In this document: positions 12,802 through 26,030 of the stretch, in pieces
Layout of the letters: the number at the start of each line of letters is the position of its first letter
How positions within the stretch are numbered: position 1 is the first letter of the stretch
DNA from: Lama guanicoe
Taxonomy: Eukaryota
Direction of reading: 5' to 3'
Length of the DNA stretch: 64,000 nt
NCBI GenBank assembly: GCA_013239625.1
Contig: MU053810.1
Location: forward strand, 434,001-498,000
Position numbers and translations under genes: made by a program
Notes under the pieces: generated by a model
What the model was told of the DNA's origin: nothing
The model's database searches: none
What the model saw: only the letters and a program-made list of their open reading frames with translations

Positions 12802-14379
12802 TCAGGTGTTGTCCAAAGAGAAATTTCACTTTTTTTTTTTTTTTCACTGAGAAGGTCTGACCCGAGTACCAAGAGCAAGGACAACTTATACCTGGAAGTC
12901 AGTGTGTCTGGGACGTCCAGACAAAGAGTGTGCTGCCTTCTGAGGGAAGGGACATCAGGAAAGACTACTGCACCTGCCTTGAAATTTCTCATCCCACTGT
13001 CTATTCTAGAGACAGCATATTTTTGGAAGAAAAATACTATAGTTGATGATTACAGCCAAGGGGTCATCCTTGGGTTCTGGACACATTAGCAGGCAGATGA
13101 AGTCACACAACGATTAAAGGCCTGACTGCAAAGGAAAAGATGAAAAAAGCCGACTCCATATTGCATCCACGAGTATCTCAAGACTGCAACAAGCCCTGTT
13201 TGAGGGGGGACATTCCAAGAAGGAAAGTAACAGGAAACAGAGGTATTTAACAGGACTCCACAGGACACAGCCGGCAGGGGCTACCCAACCCACAGAAGCG
13301 TGTGATCATCCAAACATCACCTCCATTTAGCTTTGGGCCATCCTACTGAGGGAGACTCTTTTCTGGAGCCTGACAACTAGTTTTCTTTCTCTGAGCACAG
13401 CCAGATGGCGGCCAAGAGAAAGAGCCTGCCAAAGGAAGGAAGCAGGCAAAGCCCCACAGATTAAAAATGCACCGCAGCTAATCCACCGGCTGAGTAATCC
13501 ACACGTGGAAAAGTGGTGAAATCCAGAGGGAGAAAATATGGGCGGAACATTCAGAAAAGATTACAAGTAATGAAAACATTTAGAAAAGCAAGCTTCCTCA
13601 GAGACCAGGGACAACTTCGTTGCTCGGGAATTTTTTAAAGGGAAACAAACAAAATCTCCATCTATTACTCAGGGTGCAAGGCATTGTGGGAAACACACGG
13701 GAGGGAAACCACGTGGGTGAGAATGTCCCCTGCAAGCAGCTCTGAGCTGTACCAGCTGGAGAAAAAGCTGGCAAAGGAAAAAAGAAAACAAAACCTTGAA
13801 TGGCTGACCCTCAACAGTGTGATCCTAAGAGAGCATCTTAGAAAATCCTGCAAAAGAAGAAGCAGAGTAGCGCAAAGTGGGCTGCTTATGTCTGGAGAAA
13901 GTTGATGCAAGAGAGCAGACTTAAGTGATCTTAAGATCTTCAGGCCCTGAAGAACTGATGGGTAAGCGACAGAAACAGGAGAACTCACAGGAGCAGGGCA
14001 CAGAGGTGGGAACGGGTCTGGCGTACCTGGAGGACACGGGGGGACCAGCCCTCTCACTTGCCACTGAATCTCCAGCCGGTACAGCCTTAGCCATTAAGTG
14101 AGAGCTTAACGACCATTCATTAAATGAACACATGGCTGCCATCTGGGAAGTGGGTCACTGGAGAAGCTGGACTAGAAAACCAGTTCAGTTACCAGTTCTT
14201 ATGATTCGTCTCCACCCATTACTTCTGACAAAAATTACTTCCCTTCCCTTGGGGCCACGTTATGTCACCATGTGCTGCTTTGCATCCTGGGTATATGGGC
14301 ACACGTCCAATGTTCTCTGTTAAGAGTCCACGGGACAAAATTTACCAACCTATAAGGTTGGTATAATGTCAGTATAACG

Positions 14380-14660
14380 ACAGTTAAGAGCACTGGCTTT
14401 GGCCCCAGACAGATAACCTAACTTCAAACCCCAGTTCTTCCCTATAGTTCTGTGTGACCTTGGCCAAGTTACTTAACCTCTCTGGGCCTCCATGTGTTTA
14501 TCTCTAAAATGGTGCTAACAATAAGATCTATTTTGTGGGGCTGCTATGAGGATTTATTGCAAAAATTCATGAAAAATATTGTATTTGGCATAGTGTCTAG
14601 CACTTAGTAAGTGTTCAATAAATGCTTGTTATTACTATTATTAGTCATTATTATTATTAA
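14380..14660 (+). mobile_element. MIR SINE, near full length
   Basis: gttaagagcactggcttt...tgtgtgaccttggccaagttacttaacctctctgggcctc...tagtaagtgttcaataaatg. Confidence 0.85.
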
Positions 14661-15639
14661 AAGTAAGTGTTTCCCTTGCTTACAGAAGTCAGCTTTCTCT
14701 TGGACATGCAGCAGGAACTCATTAAATACTGAAGCATGCTAGGTCTTTTCCACCTCTGACTTCCGGAACTCTCTCAGGCAACAGCCCAGCTCACTGTCCC
14801 CAAGCCCCAATTCCAGTGAGGTACCCCTCTTTTTAGCTCCCATATTGCATACCCCCCATACCGCACCATCACATTGAAGTATAGTTACATGTTTGTCTCC
14901 TCAGGAAGTTCCCTAGGGACGAGACCCACATTTTGTCTCATCAACACTTCCTCAGTGCCTGACCCAGAGCAGGCTCTCAATCAACATGCGATAAATTTTT
15001 TAAAAAGAAAAGAACTGTTGAATCAGTCTCACAAGTCTCCAAAGTCTTACCCAGAGCCTGACCGAGGGGACTAAATGAAGGCCCATTTCCAGGTGGCTCT
15101 GGCTAGACAAATCCATCTGAATGTCCAGTACCAGGACTAGTTCAAGTTTCCCTCATGCTTACTGGCAGATGGGGCTGGTAAAGAGGGGCCTGGTTTACTC
15201 AGGGTTCAATGAACCCAATAGTTTTCTGCAGGGTTAGGGTCTAACCCCCTGGCCATGCTAAGAGCCCACACAGCAGACCCCCAATGACAAATTCCTGGAG
15301 AGCTTGTGAAGGACACCCAGCTCTGAGGACCTTCAGGGTTGACCAAGCTTTCTGGAGGTGCCTGCCCCTACCTGGACCACTCCTGCAGCCCTGGGATGAG
15401 ATCACACTCATCAGGGAATACACACTCAAGAGTTTCTACAAGGAAGGACAGCCACCAGAACAGCCCTGTGAGATTGGCAGAGGCCACACTGAGCCTGAAG
15501 ACTCAGAGGCTGCCACACCACACCCCCATCAGGACCCTGCCTGGGTGGGTAACTTGCCAGGCAGGGCCTGGAAGTCCAAGATGAAGGCACGGTCAGATCT
15601 GATGTCTGTCAAGAGTCCACGTCCTAGTTCACAGGCAAC

Positions 15640-15885
15640 CGTGTCCTCATACGGGGGAAGGGAGCCCTCTGGGGTCTCGTTTATAAGGGCACTAAGTTCG
15701 TTTTAAAGGGCTCCACCCTCGTGACCTAATCACCTCCCACAGGCCCAAAAAAGGCCATGCCGACACAGGCTACCCTGTGGATAAACCTTGAGGACATTAC
15801 GCTAACGTCCACCTCCAAGTACCATTACACAGGGGTTAGATTTCAATACAGGAATTTGGGGTGACACAAGCATTCAGTCCAGAGC
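15640..15885. mobile_element. MaLR (MLT1-like) LTR fragment
   Basis: ctctggggtctcgtttataagggcactaa...gacctaatcacctccc...caagcattcagtcca; similar to 55781-56135. Confidence 0.75.
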
Positions 15886-16440
15886 CAACTGTATTTATTT
15901 TACCCCATGAAGTGACTGAGAATCTAGGTTCCTGTGTCCGACCCAAGCCGGGGAGTCACCCACACTTGGATATGGGTATTTTTTAACCTCCTTCTTCCCA
16001 CAAGGATAATGAGCCCACTGGAAGTCCGCTGAGCCGGGTGTCCTGTTGGCACCTGGTTCTGTCCCACTGCGGACTCTGTAGGTGTTTACAGGTGGTGACA
16101 AGGGTAGAGAAGCTAATCATGACAGTAATCCCAATGACAGCATCACCACCAGCACCAAACTAACACAAAGTACCCGCACCCTGAAGAGCTCGGGACACCT
16201 GCTGCACTCAGCAGACGCCACCACCCCTATTTCCAGAGCCAGTGCTCAACCTGTGTGCAGGGGTTCAATCAGACCAGCTGGTAAAATACTGAAACAGCTT
16301 CACACCACGGATGAAGAACCACACCCCACCCCACCCCCTTAGACCCACCCCAGTGGCTGACCTCTCCTGTCTCCCCTGAGACCTCTCTGTCCCCTAGAGG
16401 GACTGATGTCCCAGGATCCAGCCAGCCAGCTGGTTGATTC

Positions 16441-16910
16441 TTTTTTTTTTTTTCATTTTATTTTTTATTGAAGTGTACTCAATTTACACCATTAGTTTCA
16501 GGTGCACAGCAAAGTGATTCAGATATACATATACACACATAGCTATTTTTCTTTTCAGATTCTTTTCCATTATCTGTCATTGCAAGATGCTGAATATAGT
16601 TCCCTGCGCTCTACAGTAGGTGCCTGTTGTTTATCTACTTTATATATAATCATGTATATCTGTTAATCCCAAACTCCTAATTTATCCCTCCCTGACTCCT
16701 TCCCCTCTGGTAACCATAGTTCGTTTTCTATGTCTGTAAGTCTGTCTTTAGTTTGTAAATAAAATTTGTATCTTTTTTTTTTTCAGTTCCACACATAGGT
16801 GATATCATATGATATTTGTCTTGGCCTGACTTCACTCAACAGGATCATCTCTGGGTGCATCCACGTTGCGGCAAATGGCATTATCACATTCTTTTTTTAC
16901 GGCTGAGTAA
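16441..16910 (-). mobile_element. LINE-1 3' end
   Basis: Poly(T) then reverse complement of the L1 3' UTR/ORF2 end; ttgattc on both flanks. Confidence 0.9.
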
Positions 16911-17489
16911 ACTACTTGATTCATATCATATTCCTTACACTCCTCTGTATTTTTCAGATTCTCTACTAGGATAATATGTTGCTTTTATAAATTCTTAAGG
17001 GTGCTTCTGAAGGTACCCATCACTTAAAACACTGAGGGCAAAAACAACATGCACCTGAACAGGCCCAGATAAAATATAGAGGCCCAGATGAAGTTTGGGA
17101 TTTGAGCTGATCCTTTCAGAGCCAAGGCTGACTACAGCTCAACTTCCTGGGAACCCTGCCCAAAAGATGATAGCTGGGTTCCAAAGAGTATGCCTGATAC
17201 CAACATGTATGGGAAAGGAATATTTTGGAGCTGTAATCTTCAGAACGTAACAACACCTTCTATTTGTATAAGGCCTCCCTGCATACGTCTTATCTCATCC
17301 AGGACTTCCGACAGGTCTGTAATGTAAGCAGGTGTCATTATCCCCAGTTAACAAACAAGGCACTTTGGACAAACAGAGGGTAAGGCCAAGGCTCCACAAT
17401 CCTGAAATGACAGAGCCAGGACTGACCTCAGCTCTCCAGCCCTCTACTTCCTGCAGAGGGGAGCCGGCGCCAACTCACGTGTGCTCAGA

Positions 17490-17650
17490 AGAGCCTACAT
17501 CAAGAATTCTGCAGTCGGTTGTTAAACCAGAGGTGGCCTGGAGTGGTACCAAGCGGGAGTATTTACATCATGGAAATCAGCAAGTGGTAGAAATCGGAGC
17601 GGGTTTACCAGGGCACACCGGCTCCCGTGATCTCCTAACCACACCACAGT
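17490..17650. mobile_element. MER63-like DNA element remnant
   Basis: Similar to 60600-60750 (gttgttaaac...catggaaatcagcaa...ggtttaccaggg). Confidence 0.5.
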
Positions 17651-17974
17651 ACACTCACAGAAGGGGGAGGCATTTTTTTACCCATCAATGTCCTCTGTTC
17701 CCACCGCCTCCAATTACCATCTTATAAGCCGCATGACAGGGGAGAAATTGCAGTGAATTCAGAGTCAGAAGGCTCTCAAATCTCCACCTGCCACTTAGCA
17801 ACCTTTTCACCAAGTGATTTCAAATTTCTGAACCTCCATTTTCTCATAAAATGAGGGCAATGATTGCCACCCACTCACGGGGTTGTCCTAAGGCTCAGAA
17901 GGAATCCTGGACATAAAAGCATCCTGCAGACTGCAAAACACCACACAGCTGTGGAGCACTGAGAGCGTGCGAGC

Positions 17975-18560
17975 ACCTCCAAACATGAAGCGTGGAATTA
18001 CCACATGATGCAGCAAATTCCATTCCTGGGTCTGTCCCCGAAAACTGGAAAGCAGGGGCTTGAAGAGGTATGTGTCCATCCTTGTTCACAGTGGCATTAT
18101 TCACAAAATCCAAAAGGTGGAAGCCACCCAAATGTCCATCAACAGATGAACAGATAAAATGTGGTCTAGCCACACAATGGACTATCATTCTGCCTTAAAA
18201 AGGAAGGCAATTCTGTTATATGCCACTCGGTGTGTAAACCTTGGGAATACTATGCTAAATAAAATCAGCTAGATACAAACTGACAAGAATTGTATGATTC
18301 CACTTATGTAAGATACCTAGAGTTGTCAAATTCATAAACCAAAAAGGAGAATGGAGGCTGCCAGGGGTTGGGAGGAGGGGAAATGGGGAGTGAGTGTTTA
18401 ATGAGTACAAAGTTTCAATCTGGGAAGATGAAAAAGTTCTGGAGCTGGTGGTGATGGTTGCACACAACCAGGTGAATGTCCTCAGTGCCAATGAACAGTA
18501 GACTCAAAAATGGTTAAGACAGCAAATTTTATGTCATGCCTTTTTTTTTTACAATTAAAA
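17975..18560 (+). mobile_element. L1MB-type LINE-1 3' end
   Basis: cagcaaattccattcctggg...aaatgtccatcaacagatgaa...gggaagatgaaaaagttctggag...aaaatggttaag. Confidence 0.88.
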
Positions 18561-21500
18561 AACACACACCCAAATCCAAGGCCTTGTTATTTCACAGTTG
18601 TCAAAAGGCCCTAAAAAGCCAGTATCAGCGTATTATCACGACTGGGACCACAAAGTCTGTGTACACGGGCCCCGCTGACACAGGTGCAAAGAACCCCAGC
18701 AGCGTGGTTCCTGTACCTGACACAGGCCATGCCAGCCTTCATACATGGTCTGCCCGGAAGTTCATCTTAAGCTTTGTGTTGTGGTGGTTAGTAAAAGCGT
18801 AACGTCTACGGCTTCATGGTAGGAAGGACTCTACTCAGGCAGAGAGAAGACGAGCACCTGTGAAGGCTGAATTACAGGGTGAGCAGTCCTGGCCTGGTCC
18901 TGGGAACCAGGGCTGAGCTGGGGGAGGAGGGGGCAGGGGAGAGATCACAGGGGCAGGGGAGAGATCACAGCACCACAGGGTCCTCCCTTTGGGGACTGAG
19001 GCCGGTATAGGACCCAGTTTAATGGCTGAGGTCACTCCGTCTGGAATCCTTCTTTTCACCTGGCCTTCAACTTCCCAGTTTCCAACTCATTGGGAGCCTC
19101 CCCGCTTGCCCCCAAGTTCCCAAACCACAATTACCTACTTTCCTCCTTTCTTCCATCCAAATGCTAATTCTTATCAGTTTCGCATGGGAGACAAAGCACT
19201 TTCTTTAAAATCACTTACATCACAGATGGCTGGTCTCTCAACCTATTTCAAGGCATTTCTGTCTTCTAGTGTTTTAAGGCAAATTTCAAGCAGCCATTTT
19301 TATCCAGGTTAAAGGAGGGTCAGCCCCAAAGATAGGAAGACCCCTGGGGGCAGGGAGCACGGCCCTCGAGCGTCTGCCGACCCCATCGCCCCACCAGACC
19401 TCTCCGCTGAGGACGGCTTCTCTTCTACCCACAAGCTTTCAAAGCTGCAAAGGTTTGGGGGAGTTTTCTTCAGTTTTTTGTTTTTTCCCAAAACACTGCG
19501 GGTTTTGGTGGAAGGGGATAGAGGAACGGAGTCGTATGCAGGGGCAGGAAGGAGTGTCACCTGAAAACTAGGGACTGTCTGAGGTTTTACTGAATGTAAC
19601 TTTAGGATTCCATTTATAGCCCCAAATCCAATTAGGTGTGAAAGCATTTCAGTGATGTAAGCCGTGGTCATAAAAGTCAGAGGCGGGGCTTCTTGACAGG
19701 TAGAAATGTTGACTCCATCCAGTTTGAAGGCTTTTCTTCCCCTGCTCACCACGTTACAGAGGCACCAATAGACTGTGACCCTAGATCTGGTTTGGCCGTC
19801 AAAAAGGCTAAAAGGGAGATCAAAATGAGGGACCTCACCCCATTCAGATATGAGCTCCCCACCTGTTATACCGACTTCCTGTGACCTGGGAAGTAAACGT
19901 CTGAGGTCATCTCCCATCCCCCCATCCAGCAATCCGTGAAAAGGATATTTTTGAATAAACTATGACCCAGCATGTTCCTGTGGTCTATGCAGACATGTTG
20001 CCATTTGTGAAGTAGCCTAACACTGAAATGTACTCAGGACCTAGAGATTTTAAACTTCCAAAACTCCTTGATGCTTTGTAACACTGAAATCAAGAAATTA
20101 CTTCAGTTCTCAAAACTGAACATTAGTTTCAATAAGAAACATGAAACATGCTGTATACCAGAAACTGACACACTGCAACTGACAATACTTCAATTTTTTA
20201 AACAAAGAAGAAATGAAGCAGAAACGGCTGAAGCCATTCCCAGAAGGGAGCAGCACGTTTAAGCTGAAGAAGGGCCACAGCTGCACCAAGATCTAAGCAC
20301 TGCTGGAGACAGAAACTGCAGTTAGAAGAGGCTCTTGCACAAGCTGATGTAGAGATAGATTGAGGGGAAAAAAAAACCCAGCTCAGGGTGCAGGGAGAGG
20401 TGCAGAGAGACAAAGCTGATGAGCTAACCAGGGAAAGGGATGAGTCCGTGTATGTAGCAAACTAGGTCACTCCAACACACGAGCTGGCCCGAGGACGCTT
20501 CAGGATGAGACTCTTGGTTAATGCCAGTGCCAGGTAAACCCATCAGCCTCCCGTGGGAAGCAAATGCTGACTGGTGCAATGGAACCTCCAGACCTGTGCA
20601 AGTGGCCTCGAGGAGCAGGGCTCCAGCACCCAGGGACTAAGGAGATAGAACTAACATTTACTGCACTGTGCTAAGTCATTTCCACGCATCCTCATCTAAT
20701 TGTCACTGCAACCCTTAGATCAGGGACCAGTCTTATCCTGTTCTACAGAGGAGGGCAGAAAGCTGAGAATGGCAAAACAATGTGCCCAAAACCACAAAGC
20801 TAGGAAGCAGTGGATGCAGGATTTCAGCCCAGGTTCTGGTGACCTCAGAGCCTCCATTCTTAGCAGCTCACAACTATGCTGTGTTCAGTTGACTGAGGAC
20901 TTGATGATGGTTTCTTTTATTTCTTTCTTGGGATTGTCACCCATTTTTATTTTAGCTGTTTTAATAGGTGTTGGTTTCTTAAAGCAACTCAAGGGGGATG
21001 TTAACTAAGCACCATTCTGTGTGTTCGCAACAAAAGCTTCCAAAATCAATTTCCAACAGATGCTGACACGTTCTTCCTCGTGGCACCAGCCCTGAATATC
21101 CACGAGTGGTCATCCTCCACCACGGCTGCTGAAGGCAACCAGAACTCGATGAGTTACCGTTTACTCGATCTCAGTTATGTGCCTGGTGCCCCACAGATGT
21201 CACTGAATCCTTACAAGAATCCCACAACGCAGCAATTTCCATCTCCATTTTAATTCCCAAAGATGAAGGAACCCGTCCAGAGGGCTACAGCTATGCAGGG
21301 TGGTGCTGGAACTACCTTTCTATTACGGTTCATTGCCTCCCCTACCTGGCCCTCATCAGCCAATACTCCGTCTTAAATGCACATCCTCAAGATTTGGTGT
21401 CAACCAAGAGACAGCACCCCTCCATTTCTGAAATACTAGGAAAACCGGCACAAGACAGATAGCTGATCGCTGGCGACGGGGAATGAACTTGGTCTGCCAC

Positions 21501-22869
21501 AAAATGAACTTGGCCTGGGGCATCCATTTGGAGGTCACCTTTGGTCTGATGTGAACCTAGACAATCCACACACCGCATAAGAAGCATTTCTTAAAATCAG
21601 GTGGGATCTAACAGAAAACTAGCCCCAGGAAAAAGTGAGCTCCTGCAACACAGGCAGTCAGAGGGATGTACCCAACATGAACTGAGAAAAATCGTGTTGG
21701 CATCTGTCCCAGAGTCCACAGGTCCCCCTGTTCTTGCTACACATGCATTAGGTTGACCATGTTGCATCAGAAAAGAAACTTGCATCAGCTAACTAGGGCT
21801 CCTCCAGGCTTCGCGCCGGCTACCCATGAGCAGTTCCTTCTTCAATCAAAGAAATGTCCCTGATAGTTCCTGCAAAATCTGGTGAGGACTGGAGGTGGCA
21901 TGAGGTCCTGGCGTCCAACCCTGTGAGTGCAAGTTGACCAACAATGTGGCAATGTCCTGCTGGACCAATGCCTAAGCCCTCCCAGGGGGAGAGAAGGAGG
22001 AGAGATTGAAGGGGATTTAAGGAGATTTATTTGGGGAAAGGAAAGATTAAAGGGATTTATGGAGACCCAGCCAAAGAAAAACTCAACAAGTTAACCCCTA
22101 AAATCCTCCCCTGAGAGGACACGAATATCCACCTGCCAAATCTAATTACTGTCCACTCAGCTGCCAAGTTTGAACCAGAAATTTCTACTCGAGACACAGT
22201 TTTCGTGAGCACCTCTGGCAACAAGCTCTAAACAGTGCCATTTCCCAGATCCCACCTGACTAATCAAAAAGGCCATGAGAGCTTGTTGTCTTTTTTGCAC
22301 CTGAGAAAAACGTTCGGCTTTTCCTCTCCAAACACAAAACGCCCTGTCAAAGAAAGGAGCAGCAAAAGCAGTCAGTTCTCATTTATTATTTTTCACAGAA
22401 CGTCTGGGCTTTAAATTCCCAAATCAAGTGAGAGAGTCAGAGGTTACAGGTCCACCTGTCAACACGATCTAGCTCTTTCAATGGCTGATTCTAGGCAAAA
22501 CCCAGTGTTTTCACAGAAGGTTAAGCAGCTCTTCCCACTGCTCGGACGGCCAGCCTATCACAACTTTCTCACAGTGACAGGAGAGGAGCTACCTCCAGAG
22601 CCCATCATTCCAGACGCAAGCTCGTAGAAAGAAAGTAGCCTTAAATCCAAGGGCCCCTCACAAGGGGAACCCAGAAGCCCAAAAGACGTGTGCTCATCAT
22701 CCAAACTGCTTCCAAGAGCTTCCCAGAACATGGACGGCCCTGCTGTGCACACAGAGCACTTGCTTAGAAAATCTCTGGAAAAACTGACCGACAAATGGCC
22801 ACAGCCTTCCAACCCTGGCGAATCTCACATCCCACACAATCCACCAGCAATTCCTATCGGCTCTCCCGT

Positions 22870-23610
22870 TCTCATGGGTCCAGAATCCAACCACATCTCA
22901 TCACCTCCACAGCTGCCTCCCAGACCGACACCACCTATCTCTCTGCCCTGGGTTGTTTCCACCGCCTCTGAGCTGTCCTCCCGGCTTCTGCCCTTGAACC
23001 CGCCCGTCCATTCTCAACACAGCAACCACAGCCATAACGGAAAGACCCGAGTCAGGTCAAGGGAGGCCTCTGCTCAGAACTCTCCAGTGTTCCCCTTTTC
23101 TCTGAAAGTAAAAGCAATGTCTTGACTATGACCTACAACTTGGTGAACTCTGACCTCCACGCCCCCTCCCCCATCTGTCTCCCCTCAGCTCCCCATCTCC
23201 TCCCTGGTCACTCATTCTCAGCCACACCTGCCTCCTTGAAGCAGCGGGGCCTTAAAAACACCGGGCCTGCTCCCTCAGCCCTCGCTGCTCCCCGTGACTG
23301 AAACACTCTACCTCTAGCCATCTCCACGGCTCCTTCAGATCTGTATTCAGACAGCAGCTCTGGTTACCCTGCTTCAAACTGCCACACACACTCCCCCCTC
23401 ACTCCAGAAAATTCCCTTTCCCGGCTTTATTTCTCTCCCTAATGGGAATACTATATAACACACTCGACATTTTCCCGATTCATATTTTTTTATTTTCTGG
23501 CTTCCTCTTCAGACTGTGAGCTCCAGGAAAGCCGGCATTTGTGTCTGTCTGTTCACTGCTCTCCCCCCCGGTGCCTAGAACATAGCAGGTGTTCAGTAGA
23601 TATTTTTAAA
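22870..23610. mobile_element. L2 LINE 3' region
   Basis: Pyrimidine-rich L2 signature ending agactgtgagctcc...tgttcactgct...gtgcctagaacatagcaggtgttcagtagatatt. Confidence 0.75.
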
Positions 23611-25799
23611 TGTACGAGAGGCTGAATTTATATCATGCCTCAAAGAAAGGACTGAGAAATGCAAACTTCGAACAAATACTGCAGCTGGGATACCCTCGGG
23701 GAGCTCTCCGGGGGCCTCCCACCCCTATTTTCCTCTTGGTAATATTCCTTCTAATGCTTCCCACAGACTCTACGATTTTGAGTAATCCCAGAATAAATAC
23801 CCGTAAATCAGCCAGTCAAATACACAAACCAGCCCAGACAGACCTGCAACCTCCCCCTCTCCCCCTACATACATCCCCCCAAAAAAGAACACTGGAGTCG
23901 GCTTTCTCCCCAGGCTTGTAGATAAATCGATCATGTGTCCTCAACAGGTGTATCTACTTAGCAATTTCAGAACAAGGAGGGTAAGGAGGATACTAGTGGG
24001 GAAAGGCAGTGCTGGACCCACAGAAATTTCTATTTATATTCTTCCTAAAGCAGCACCCAGCCGGCACTCATTTAATGAAAAAGAGGCAGCGCTGTGCCAT
24101 AAGACTTCTGATTCTGCGCCGTGTCACTTTGCTACTAGCCTGGGCATAAAAATGTCCCTCCAAATACGAATACACCCAAAAGCTCCTGAAGAGGGACAGT
24201 GAGGGCCTTCCTGCCACAGACGAGCCAAAAAAACCTTAGAATAGTAAGCGCATTTGAAAATCACCCCATCTCCCCTGCCCCCCATCCCCCGATTTTGCAG
24301 AGGAGGAAGCTAAGACCAGGAAAGGTCACATGGACAAATGTCCAAGCAGCCCACAGGCCACACACTCCATCAGTGGCCGAGCCTGCCCTTGAACCCAGGC
24401 CGAAGTCCTCCACGGCCCAGCAGCCCCTCTCCCCCTGCAAACAGCAATTACTTCAACACAAAAAGGTCAGTCTGCAAGAAAAGCATGTATTCCTACCCTG
24501 CAGAGATGAAAATACATTCTCCAGGATGTGCCATTGCCCGTCCTCTGGGGGAAATGGGGTGTACTGGGAGACATTCCAGGCAGTGCCAACCAAGAAGGCC
24601 TCCTCTATTCAGGTGCCTTTTATGGGGAAGAAAATATAACAGCGACTTCCATGAGTCTAGGGTACTTCCTGGACACCCCATCCAAGCTTTCTGCCCATCT
24701 GCATGCTTTTCCAAACGGCCTATTTTTGTTTTCTTGGTTCAGAAGACATTCAAAGATACCTACGGTGGAGATGGTCTGAACAGCTTCAGCAAATGCGCCA
24801 CAGAACTGTTGACCACTCCTAACTGCTGTCACACAACATACATTTGGTCTCGCGTTTATGGGGTGTGCTAAGCCTCTGAAAACATGTCGTTGGTTAATAC
24901 ATAGTAATTAAGTCTTCCCACCTTATTTTGAGGGATGGTCAGGCTCTGGGAGCCCTTCCAGAGGGAGCCACACTGAAGGTCGCAAGTTGCGAGGTTCTTC
25001 CCGAGGCCCGACCCAGAGGCGCATCAGACAACCAGGCCCAGACCTCATGGTGGGTCCTCCCCCTCCGCTGTCCTTTGTGTCCTCAAGCTCTTTTCTCACC
25101 GTCCTGGGCCCGCCTCCACTCTCATTCGGCGCCCGCCCCCCAGCAAGGTGCTGCTGACCACAAGGATGAAACGGCTCGACCTTTTGGCCTTCAGCAGTGC
25201 TCTGCACGGGAAGGCACCTGGATCAGGCAGCTGGAGATCAGATTACAAAGTTTGGCAAAGTGAGTGTTCCTTGGGCCTTCACAGCGCTTTATTTTGAAAG
25301 CATTTTAACACTGTAGGCTGACAGTCTGGCTCCTGGCAGGACTTTCCTGCCTTAGGATCTTAAAGGCATATGGTAAAAGTGTGACAAACAAAATGACTGG
25401 ACCTGCAGAGGGCCCTGGAAAGGAATTTCAGTCACAACTGTTGGTGCCCTTGACTGACGCTGGGTTTCATTACAAACAAGTGAAAAGCCCAGACCCAAAA
25501 TCCACACTGCCTGGACCAGCAGTGACCTCTGTTTAGACTCAGGTCAAGGGCACTGGATTTTGGCCCAGGATGAAACAGGCATCCTGAACTTCACACCACT
25601 TCTAGAAAGTCCAAGAGACAAAATGGTGCTAAGCACCCAAAAGCTTTGAAAGGTTACATATTTAGGTAACAGGTTACTCCATCATTATGTTTTCTTTACA
25701 TTCATATTAAAATTAGCTTTTCAAATACTAAAGTTGAGTCAAATTAGAATCAACATTTGCTGTTACATAATCCACAGAGTGGCTCAACCCACAAGGATA

Positions 25800-26030
25800 A
25801 TCACAAGCTGTTCTGCCTGGATTCTAGTATCAGCTCCACGTAATAACTAGCTTGTGTTCGACAGGTCATTTAATCTCCCTGTTGCCTCAGCTTTCCCATC
25901 TGCCAAGTGGGGATAATAGTAAACACGTCCTTCACCAGGTTATCATGAGAGTAAAATGAGTTAATACATGTAAGGCACTTAGAATAACATCTGGTACTTG
26001 GTACTCATTTAAGTCACCTACAATTACTAT
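25800..26030 (+). mobile_element. MIR SINE
   Basis: tgcctcagctttcccatctgccaagtggggataatagt...atgagttaatacatgtaaggcacttagaa. Confidence 0.8.

Noticed and set aside
18931..18970. 20-bp direct repeat ggggcagggg(a)gagatcaca
   Set aside because: A two-copy local slippage duplication with no other structure.
19309..19932. 207-aa minus-strand ORF (also the 174-aa ORF at 44840 and 177-aa ORF at 24338)
   Set aside because: No recognisable domain or supporting exon structure; lengths compatible with chance.
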